From Marsupella aquatica (taxonomy: Eukaryota; Plantae; Marchantiophyta): DNA of 64,000 bases. Shown piece by piece: positions 11,125 to 22,022 of this stretch. Positions within the stretch are counted from its first letter, which is position 1. Every line of letters begins with the position of its first letter. The notes under the pieces were generated by a model. That model made no database searches. It had not been told where the DNA came from and was given only the letters and a program-made list of their open reading frames with translations. The position numbers were made by a program, and so were the translations under genes. The stretch lies in contig OZ316897.1 of assembly GCA_973895155.1 (NCBI GenBank), positions 12,113,832 through 12,177,831 on the forward strand. The letters are read 5' to 3'.

Positions 11125-13777
11125 GGAGCAACATCTGGATGTCCATCCTGCTGTCCCGATCCACTTTTATCATCGGAGTGATGAAAGTGTTCCCCTTCTG
11201 TTCCCTGCAACTCTTCTTTGCTATACTCTTCACCCGTCACTCCATTCGAGCCCTCTCTTGGATCCTTCAAATTAACTCCATATAGTACCCTCTCCAACAG
11301 GATACCTCCTCTGAAATCGCACAAGTCTGTCGCCAAATGGTCTGAAGAAACTGAACGCGGAGCAGTTACATCCGGCCAGTCAATTGCCGCACTCAGATCA
11401 CCGATGGTTCTTGCTTACCTGGTGGTTGCACCTCCCGCCATTATCCTCCAGAATGGTCAAACAGCTCGAGGAGATTGATTCAGCTTGATGCTTCTCGAAT
11501 CCTCGGAGGTTGCCAGTGCTGATTGGACCTGAGCAAGCCTTTTTCTTCGCAAACTGTTGGCAGAGCGTACGCAACAATTACTTGACACCAGTCTGACTGC
11601 AGCCAGCTCGAGTTGAACATGCAAGTCAGTGTAATCGCCATTGATGTCGTGTTTTGGCCAACGTTGGATCCGGAAAGCAATGTAAAACGCGCTGAGCTCT
11701 ACTTGCCTGGGACAGACCTTGACACTGCATTCGACACTGAGAAGGATTTAGCTTTGGGCTAGTAACATTGACAGTATAGACAAGAAATTGTTTCTACGAC
11801 GGCTGTTGAGAGTGATCGATTGAAAATTGACCTACTCCTGAAGCAGCTATTAATATATATTCAATCCTAGGAGAGACGGAGACTTGTCTGATTACCGAGA
11901 CAGTAGTTAGTAGCCAAGCGCATGCCTTTGCCGTATTTAATCTCGTTTCGAGTTGGCTGAAATATAACAACCATAATCCCGGAATTGTCTCTGCCGCACA
12001 GTTTGATCAACCAAAGAGTACAATTGATCAGCGATGAAAAGGGGATAATCAGAAGCTAGAATTCTCCAGGGAATATCGAGAGCTTGGTTGAGGTACAATT
12101 GGGGAGGGGGAAAGCACCAATCAATCCGAACTATCAGAGTTTCGTCATGATCGTTCTATCCAGGGCACAGGCCGGATGTACATAGAATCCATAGATCGAG
12201 AGAAAGACGACCCAATCCATGGGTCGCGTCCTAGCTTCCTAAGAATTCAGATTCGCCAGACATCATACGGTTAGCAAGGACAGAATGACTAACCTGAACG
12301 AGCGCCCCACTAGAGGATATTTCCATCCAGTCACGTTGAAAAAGAAAGCTTTCGTGAACAGTGGGCACAGGCCGTAGCATCAAACTCGGAATGATTTCAG
12401 GCCTACAACTCGAGCAAACACATGATCGCCATACACAAAGTCCGTGCACAAGGGTCCCGATCGAGAGAACGTGTCATGGAATTGAACGTTTCGTAGTCTG
12501 TGCAACTTGATTTTGGCTATGGATGTTGTACTCGCCACATTTTCTTGCTCCCCAGTCTAAATAAACAAGCTAAGGGACTGACCCGCAACTTTTCAGAGAC
12601 TTTGCAAAAAACCAGGTGCTTGATTTTGACAACTTCTCAGGCTGCCTTCCAGACAGACTCGTTAGTGCACTGGACTCGTGACACCACAGTCCCCTCTCTG
12701 GAAGCTTGAATCCCCGTGATGAGTTTGTTGCAAACCAAGACCGGACTTGTGGGTTCAGTGACAAAAGCGATTGAAAGAGTAAAGCAGCAGTGAGGTCACT
12801 CAGCCCAATGTACAACTTAACCAACAGAACGAATTGGCAATCCCTAGACTTCAAAACTTCAGAGAGTCTTTCCAGTTTCTCAACATTCTAGCATGAAACT
12901 TTACTCGTTCTGATGCGAAGAGCTAACAACAAGAACGATGGAGGGTCTATCTGAAGTGCTAGTAAAAGTAGACTTCTAGTGAATTCGATGTGAACGCCAA
13001 AAAATTAGTCGAACCGATGTTGTTGACTCAGCTGTCCACGAGCTCACGGTGGACCGGAACTACAATGATTGTGCTCAGAACGACCGTAAATTGCTGAATT
13101 TCGGGCGCCCAACTGGGATCAACTGCAGATTGTTCATCGCATAGAGATTGGGCTAAGCTAGTGTAGTGTACTTCCGAACTTCGATTATGGCCCGGTGAAA
13201 CTGCAGAATATCTACCTACCATTATTATGCCATAACTCTCTCTGCAAAGCTATGACGTTTGGTATTATTCACGTCGAATGACAGTATCGAGGCTCATTAA
13301 TGATCTCTGCACAGTATCGACTATCGAGCCTCTCTGCAAAGCTATGACGTTTGGTATTATTAAGGTCGAATGACAGTAGCGAGGCTCATTAATGAGCCTC
13401 GCACGCTCTTTGCCGTGGCCATCCCGGTCCGCTGCCCGAGATAATGCGCGATTGCAATTTTTTTTTGAAATATCAAAGGTACTGAATGAACACCCACTGT
13501 TACAACGAGGAGTGGTGTGCCTGGCAGGATTCGAGCCTTGCTGGTACCCAACTGTGGTCATATACCACTGAAGCAGCATCAACTGCACCGAAGAGAAGTT
13601 TTGTTTTGTCAAATTATCTCAATAGGACGATCGGGCAATCCTGCGGGCAATGGTCTTTCTAACCGTACGAATTTTAGCATTAATATGCATCGATAGTGCC
13701 AATCGCTCTAAATTTTGTATTATGTAACCTGATTACCGTTACTTCAAGATAATTAGAGATGGTGTCCCCCTAATTGC
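11125..13777 (-). promoter_or_regulatory. Upstream/5' region of Roco copy 1, homologous to the upstream regions of copies 2-4
   Basis: Collinear similarity to ~25575-28171, ~43055-45240 and ~57920-58617, for example the shared blocks gtcaattgccgcactc, tcaaccaaagagt and ccagtcacgttga. Confidence 0.7.
13512..13580 (-). other. tRNA-like or SINE-head-like fragment within a copy-1-specific insertion
   Basis: Minus strand reads ...CAGTGG (A-box-like)...GGCTCGAATCC (B-box/T-loop-like) TGCCAGGCACACCA. I could not fold a convincing cloverleaf. Confidence 0.3.
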
Positions 13778-15448
13778 ACATAGATAATGTACAGTGTAAG
13801 ACATCATCCCATATCATGATAAATTTAAGTATTTTGTTTAAATCACTGAGTGTGCATATTACCACATTCTGATGTGCAATTACCGGGACCCATAAGCAAG
13901 AGGAGAGGAAACAAAAAAAGGCTTGCAAAAAAAAGAGGATTACTCCTTATGTCCATCTTTGCATCATCCTTTTTTATTTGTCTCAACCCTCACTTCCAGT
14001 TATGCCCTCATTTAGAGTTAGTGTGTAGAGGCTTCCCTTTCCATAGTAGGCCCAAGAACTAGCTTTTGATTCTTGTTATTAGTTAGATTTAGACCACTTA
14101 TTTGTTTTGAACTGAAAATTTTACTGCAAAGTAATGTTGAACTAAACCAGAGAGGCAGGCACCTGAGAAGGACAGCAGTCTTGTTATTCTCTTTACAGAA
14201 TGATATTTCTGAATCCTCGGATCTTCTAAGATTTTCCGAGGACAGCTAGATCTGGTGAGCCTGGGGTCCTCACTTCTTTTTTCTGACCCATCATGCACAT
14301 GCAAATAAATAGGATTCTTTTATTGGGGTTAGCAAAAGACTTTTAAGTTTTTGTGGAAGAACATGAGAAGCGTTTTAATCCAATTTTGAGAATTATATTA
14401 TAGTGTTGTGTAAACCAAAAGTAAAATATTCCAAGAATGTTCTAAAACTTTAGGGGTAAAAAAATACTTTAAAAATACTTCATTTACGTATGTTGTAGGG
14501 TGTTTATTTTCCAAAAACTTTGTGTATGGTATGGGACCTCCCATTAGAGTGAGGCCCCAAAGCTGGCTAGTAGCTTTAGTGCACATAAGTATTTGGAGAA
14601 CTAAGGGAGAAAATCTGTCATCAATTCCTTTGTAGGTGTTGCTGGTTGCTTTTCTAGGTGAGAATTTGGCCAAACTTTGGCCAAAAAAGTTAAACAGAAG
14701 ACTAAGTGGACAAGACCCCGGGAAAGTGGTTTGGCCAGAAAGTTTAAACAGAAGACTAAGTAGACAAGACGCTGGGAAAGTACTACAGCAAGCCTAAAAG
14801 GCTAAAGTATGTAGCGTATATACTGGCCACATACAGATAAACATCAAGTGCTGCTCCTGGGTGAGGAGGTTGGATGGAAGGATTGATCCATCAAAATAGG
14901 AAACTGGAGTAAGTCTTACACAAGGAGCATAGGACTGTTCCTCCAGGTCACACTTCAATTCTTCATTCCTCAGTGAGAAAGCAGATATATTACTGGCATC
15001 CAGGGTTGTGATTGTGAAGCAAGGGGCAAGTCGGGGGGGGGGGGAATACAAACAAGGTCATACAACTGCCATTGATTGCGATCTAGCATGAACAGAAAAG
15101 TTATGATAAAATATGTATGAATCACAAAACCCAAAGAACCGGGAAAAAAGGTTATGAAGCTTTCAGTCAATGAAAATAGTTTTCCTCTTGGAATGGTTTA
15201 CTAAGCCTTCAAAACTGTATAAGGAAATCCTATTTTTTGAAGGAGAAAAATAATTGCGCAGTGGTTCACTGTTTTCGTTGAGACAACCTCTCAGGTGGTC
15301 TTCCCTACCTTATTCTAGTCCTTCCATTCCTCCCCCTTTTCCCTCCCCTTTTTCCTTGCTCTCCCCCTCTCTCCTCCCCTTTCTTTTTTCTCTCCCAGTC
15401 TAGTCACATCTTTTAGGTTGTTGGTAAGGAAAGTATAGTTAATTGTTG

Positions 15449-15634
15449 CAAGAAAAGACTTAACAGGACCCCTCTGGCATCTCCTGGACTTAGCCAGACC
15501 CTTGTGAGTAAGATGCCATAAAGACCTGGCCAAAATAGGCAGTCACAGGGCCTTGTTAAGTCTTTATGGCATCTTGCTGGTCAGGACTATTAAGTCCAGG
15601 AGATGCCAGAGGGGTCATGTTAAGTCTTTTCTTG
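15449..15634. repeat. 186-bp near-perfect inverted repeat (MITE-like or hairpin RNA)
   Basis: Outer arms caagaaaagacttaaca(g/t)gacccctctggcatctcctggactta (1 mismatch) plus inner arms aagatgccataaagac. Confidence 0.85.
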
Positions 15635-15815
15635 TTAATTGTTCCACGTGGAAACGAACATTGGTGAAAATATGTCAGTCCAAGGGTAGAGGTGAGATGA
15701 GGCCAATGCAAGGATAGTCGTCTGCAGGAGTAGGTGTGAGAGCCCGAGTGAGGTGCAACAGTGTGTCAGGCGAGGGAGCAAATCAAAATATACTGGGAGG
15801 AAAGAGAGAAAAATA

Positions 15816-15818
<3 letters not shown>

Positions 15819-15860
<42 letters not shown>
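15819..15860. repeat. (AG)n microsatellite, about 21 units
   Basis: Directly visible. Confidence 0.95.
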
Positions 15861-15864
<4 letters not shown>

Positions 15865-16599
15865 GGCTGCAGAGCCAAAGCAATGCAAAGTGAGAGCAGG
15901 GTCTGATGTTTTGCTCCACCCAGATGAAATTCATCGCACCCCCAAAAGAAAATAAATACAATTCCGCCACCCCCCTGTAAAAGAAAACTAAACTCTGGGT
16001 AAGACTGGAGGAAGGAAAGCTGTGTCAATAAGTTCACTAATCCTCTCCTGGAAACTGATAGCCTTGTTTGTGGTTTCAATTTCTAAGTGGATCTTGCATA
16101 TCCTCTCCCAATAACTCTGGCTCATGTTTATTACTCACAAAGAATATCCTCATCCACTGTAGTTTGAGTTGTACCCAAGAGATTGTTAGTGATAGGCAGA
16201 GAAACCTGTACTAGGGTCACTCATTTGGCTCCATGGTCTTCCTGGGGTTTTCCTTCTCCTATCTTTATTGGGTTCTGGACTTTGGGTTGGTGTTTCCTGG
16301 TTTGGTGCCTTTTGTTCTTTGGTAGTTTATATGACATGTTAATTCAATTCCATGACATTGAATTAGAACAGAAAGTGTAAAGAAATGAATCAAAACCCAA
16401 AGGAGCCCCGGCCCAACAATCAAATGCTATAGTAGTGGGCGCTCGAACCAACGTGACAAGTTTCTGTAGGGCCTCCCAAGTCACGATAGGTGATAAGAAA
16501 GGTCATGGGTAAGAGGGATTATTAGTGGGGCAGGTGGAATCTGGAGCATATGGCTGACAAAAAGGACCCCACTGTGGTGGAAGCATCTCAGGTTGCAAA

Positions 16600-17430
16600 A
16601 TAATGACTCGTGTTAACAACTGGTTACTAAGAGATTCTATCCCTTCAGGTGTGTTTGACAAACTTGACACTTCGTTGGAAGATTCAAGGAAAGTATCAGC
16701 TTCGAGAAGACTCCTCTTGGCCAATAGCTTTTTAAGACAAAATAGTGTTATCTCTTGCTAACAAATGGTTGCTAAGAGATTCTCTCCCTTCAGCTGCGTT
16801 TGACAAACTTGACACTTCGTTGGAAGCTTCAAGGTAAGTATCAGCTTCGAGAAGACTGATCTTGGACAATAGCTTTTTAAGACAAAATAATGTATCTCTT
16901 ACTAACAAATGGTTACTAAGAGATTCTCTTCCTTCAGCTGCGTTTGACAAACTTGAGCTTCAAGGAAAGGTATAAGCTTCGAGAAGACTCATCTTGGCCA
17001 ATGGCTTTATAAGACAAAATAATGTATCTCTTGCTAACAAATGGGTACGTAAAGATCCTCTACCTTCAATTACGTTTGATAAGCTTGATACTTTGTTCGA
17101 CGCTCCTAGGTGATTATCAGCTTCGAGAAGATTCATCTTCGCCAGCAGATCACTTGAGACAAAATATTGACTCTCTTGCTAACAAAATGGTTACTAAAAG
17201 ATTCTCTCCCTTCAGTTGCGTTTGGCAAACTGAATACTTCTTTGGAAGCTTGAAGAAGACTCATCTCGTCTTGGTTAGTAAATAATTAAGACAAAGTAAT
17301 CACTCTACTGGTAACAAATGGTTACTAAACGATTGTCTCCGTTCAGTGCGTTTGACAAACTTCAGACTTCCTGGGAAGGTTCAAGGTAAGTATAAGCTTC
17401 GAGAATTTTCATCTTGGCCAATAGATTATC
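16600..17430. repeat. Degenerate tandem repeat, ~144-bp unit x ~6
   Basis: Motif taacaaatggttactaagagattctctcccttcagctgcgtttgacaaacttg recurs at ~16614, 16758, 16902, 17035, 17180 and 17312. Related units lie at ~18620-18740 and 59090-59437. Confidence 0.85.
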
Positions 17431-18807
17431 TAAGATGAACCCCAATAGCGAGGTGAGTTAATTCCATGTGCCTAACCGCAGACTGCTGCGAGAGCCTCGT
17501 TGAATGGAATAGTACGTTAAGAACTAGTAGACAAAACTTTTGTTGACTGGGAGATGATGTCTATTGGAAGGCACAGGTCGGATCTGGCTAGCTGCACGAA
17601 ACTTCTCTTCAAGACAAACCGAATACTCTGGATCGACGGTAGTAGAACTTGACTACGTCTAGTTTATTTTATTCTGTCTGGAATGGAGTACCTGGACCCC
17701 AAGACGGAGTCAAGAGATCTACGAGAAAGACTCTACGAGAATTTTAGATTGAGTCTTTTCTGCCAACTTTCTTGGGAAGTTCATATGAGGAGATCGCAGT
17801 TGCTTACTCTGCGTCAGCTTGGCATCCACAAATCCTACATATTTCCACCTTGGCCAATAGATTGTGAAGAGTTTGCCAGGAATATGACTTCATCGTATGT
17901 TTTTCTTTGTCTTTCTATCCATGAAGCTTTGGCATTCGTGTCCTAGTGGGTCCAGGACATGCAGTGACGGAAACAAAAATACAGGTTCCTTCGAATTGCT
18001 CAAGGCGAAGGAGACCCCCTCTTCTACCTTTTTCTTTGTGGAGCGGAAAGTAGAAAGAGAAAGCATGTGTATTGCAGGGGACGAGGAGAGTCAGCGTTAA
18101 GGTATTGTGGTGGGGAAATTCTCAAGGTGAGCCCAAAATTTTGAAGTCCAGCAAAGGGCACGAAGCTCGGGAGAGACCTTTGTTTCCCCCAGATTTTATT
18201 TCCCAGCGCACTACCCGTAGATAGGCGATGAATTTCTCGACATTTCTGACAAATTTCAGGAGCCTGGGTTACCATTGGAGAAGCTCAACAGACCGATCTC
18301 ATGAGTCGTGGAGCCACAATGGTTCAGCGGCAGCCCATTAGAAATATGAACCGACTCTAATGTAGTGTGACGGTCCAATTGTCCATTCGTATAACAAACA
18401 TTCCTTTCTCATGAAGCAAAAAGGAGGACGGACCCAACAATCAAAAGCGACTGTAGCTTGGTGGGCTATCGGCACAACTTGCCAAGTTCCTATAGGGCAG
18501 CGCCCGGTGACCGAAAAGGTCACGGGTAAGAGCGATCAATGGGCCGGGTGGAATCTTGAGGGGATGGGAGCAAGGTTGCAGCATCACTCTACCTAATCTT
18601 CAGGGCGGGAAAATAATGGTTGCCATGGTCATAAATCGTTACTAAAAGATTTTCTCTTTGACAAAGTTGATACTCATTTGGAGGCTTCAAGGTCATTATC
18701 AGGTCCGAGAAGGTTCGGCTTGGCCGATAGATTGTGAAGACTGAAGAGTCTGCAAGGATTGGATTCAATAGAATGATGATATCTTGTCTTTATTGTACAT
18801 GCCAGCG

Positions 18808-21800
18808 TCCAACCAAAAATATGATGTCCGTTTAGGAGTCGCGCCTCCGTGGGTCCAGGACATCCAGCACTAATTTTTGTAGCAAACAGGGACATCCTCT
18901 GTATAGCCGCTTGTCCGATGGAACGAGAAACTACACTAGTCGTTGTTTTGGAATTCACGAGATAACTCTTGGGGTCTGAATCGAATGGCACTGGATTGGG
19001 TTTGAGCATATGGCTCAAGTCCCCTCATATCCAAATTCAAGCCACCCTCTCCATCAAATAGTCTTAGCAATTCCCTCCTCCACTGCTCAGGGTCCCTAAA
19101 AGCCACACCAGACAATCATTCAGCACTGAGTTCAGACTTGATGATTCCAACTAGAATTATCGTATGATCTTTGCATGTAGCTCTCTCAACACTGGTTCAC
19201 TGTTTTCGTTGAGACAACTCTGTCAACACCTGAATAAGTTCCTTGACGCGAATTATAACTTCAATGGCCCTCCAAACGAATCTTGTACAGTAGAACTCGA
19301 CGGGGATATCATAGAACATCGTGATGACGCCGGTGGTTTTTCCTAAAATGAATTTCTTATCAAGCTCATCACTATTGCAATGTGCAGGTCCGTGCCCAGT
19401 TTGGGCAATTACAGCTTCCAGCGTTTCCAAGGGATAGTTGCCTCCCGCCATCTCAACTACTAGCTATGCAACAATTACCCTGTAATCTAAAACTTTCCGA
19501 CGCGGTCGTCACCACAGACTGCAGATACAGAGTGTCCAGAAATATGCGTTTTCTTAATCTAATGCAACATCAGAGTAGACCCTCCTCCAGAATTTTCAGC
19601 TAAAACCAATCCCAAGAGAAGAAATGAAAGGTTATACCCAGCCCTGACGAATAAAAGGCTCGCGAATACGAAACATTTTCTTGGTTATGTCTGTAGAAAA
19701 CTTCCCACTACAGAGATATTACGAAGTCTCTTCTCCTAATAATTGGCGAGCCTCTCTGGGAGAATTAATATCCAAAGGATAATATTCTGAAGCGACTCAA
19801 TGGTTTTATGTTCAGCTTCGAAGATCGGTTGGTCTAAGCACACCCTGGCAGTAGTCAATTGTGCAACAAAATATGACTTCATATTCGTGATGCAGAAAAT
19901 GGTGCGACTAACTTCTTTAGCTGCGAACCATGAGACCTTGGACATATCGAAGCTAGGCAGCATTTACTCAAGAAAAAACGAGGACGGCAACCAACTGAAC
20001 AACATTTACCTCAATTGGTGAAAAAGCCTATCGGAATATCAATTGGGGAAAACTTTGATGCACTTCTTCACGAGAATTCCGCCAGGAAAGGAACGTTCAA
20101 ATTTCAATCAAGCCCGACTTACTATAGCTCTGCGTGGCTCTAGACTACACAGTTTGTCTTCATTTGCTTGTCTCAACGGTTTGAGTATTTTCTCCTTTTC
20201 TAATTTTCAATTCTTCGATTGCAGCCAAGAATTTGATCGTTTTGGGAGAAAGTACTGAATTATGTACTTCAAGAGAAACAGGCAGTTGTCACGTATACAT
20301 CTGCCCTTGCGTCGAAAGAACAAGACTAGGATCATCAAGAATGAAACTCTCTAATCCGGATATTCGAAGTAGAATTATGTCAAGCCCGATGGAGAAATCT
20401 GTGTGGTCGCAGGCGCGTGCTCGGCAAAAAGTGGATCCCGATCCTTTCAGCTGGAGAAACCAAATCCTGGGGAACTAGATTACCCAACTGTGCTAAATAA
20501 ATTCTCCAGAATCTCGCTATTCGAAGGAGAAATATGTCAAGCATTTGACGGGAAGCTATGACGTTCTGGTCGTCCAGGGACAGCAAATTTGGCAATTATG
20601 AAATATGCAAAAGGATCTGCTTCCTAGTCTGACGGAATACACGAAGATACGACTTACTACTTTAACAGAGATCGATAAGACCATGAACATAGAATCCAGA
20701 CACAAATTATTGAAGAAAAAACAAGGACAGCAACCAGGTGAACTCACATGTCGGTGCCGTCAACGACTAACGTAGGGTTCGCAGGGCTTCATGACAGCTT
20801 CTCCCATTGGCAAACACATTTCATGATTGTCCAATTGACCTCTCGGCATATCATTTCGAGAAACATTAATTCAGCAAGTCTGCCACCAAATGACCGTCCA
20901 ATAAAGCCCCAATTACTAAAGCTTTCCTTGGTTCTAACTACGTGTAGTTTGTCTAGACCAAATAGATTAAGACCGGTCATTCTTTGCATTGGATTCTTCA
21001 CTCTCCAAATCACAGTGCTTTACCCAATTCCATCGACCTAAGTGGGGTTCCCTTGATTGTGCGACAAAACTGCGTAAAGGCTTGTATTTGCATCCCAGGT
21101 TGATCGTTGTCCACTAATGAAGAGCATGTCACATTTGGGGAGGGGGAAATCAAAATTCCTGTTATTAGCAATGAACAATTTCCTCCATTGGCTCCACCTA
21201 TTGCCACTCGCGACTGAAGCACCTGAAAGAGTAGACCGAGGTAATGTTAGTTACTGCTTGTTTGATTCACATAATAAAACAATTGTAAAGCACTCTGGAA
21301 TTTCAGAAGCCATGCAATTATTCAGATGAGAAAAACACTGGCGGCTCTACACTCGAACTCACGGAGGCGTCGTCGTTTTGCTCAATGCTGTCGTCAATTC
21401 CACGAAGCGACTAAAAATATATAAACCAGACAATTCGTAGGATGGAATGCAAATAAAGTCTTCCTAAGTCAGATGGAGTTGAAACCGTCGGCCAAATGCT
21501 CATTCAAATCTCCCCAGATCACTTACAAGGGCAATCTTTCTTCGCTTCATCATTGTCTTTCAACGTGAGAAAGCTCATTGAAAACAAGATGAACGATAAG
21601 GGTAGTCGCTTCACGGTTAGAGTCAACGCTTCCAGCTACTTGACTGAACAAAACAGAAACACGCAATTTGCTGCATGTAAAAATGCTCAAGATTGTCCGC
21701 AAACACCGAGTATGGTCCAGTAATCGCGGGTCTAGTAGACGGACATCCTGCCAACAACACTCCTTCCACCAAGTGGATACCAAGTACTCACGACAACTAT

Positions 21801-22022
21801 TAAATGGAAATGAGAATTTCTGAGGGTTGCTCGAGCTCTACCTCACCACATCAAGTTCTTCTGGGTACAGTCCACGCGCTGAACGGTAGACTTCTAGTTG
21901 TACCAATTTTGGCCCGGAAAGTCATCTGTTCAGAGAGCCTTTCATACCACTTACACCAATGCGCTGCTACATGCTTGGCAGGCAGGCAGAAGTTGTGTCA
22001 ATCTCTCAAGATCGACCACGGT
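18808..22022. repeat. Unidentified ~3.2-kb block co-duplicated downstream of Roco copy 2
   Basis: Near-identical to 36446-39506 and 50981-54367; the same short ORFs recur in all three (e.g. MPNLLSLDDQNVIASRQ). Confidence 0.9.

Noticed and set aside
15635-16079. ORFs with SLSLSL or ERERER runs
   Set aside because: Artefacts of the (AG)n microsatellite.
18808-21300. LINE reverse transcriptase or glycosyltransferase-like identity for the co-duplicated block
   Set aside because: Only isolated resemblances (IPVEFY, WLDAG); no ordered RT motifs such as QG or YADD and no convincing alignment by eye.
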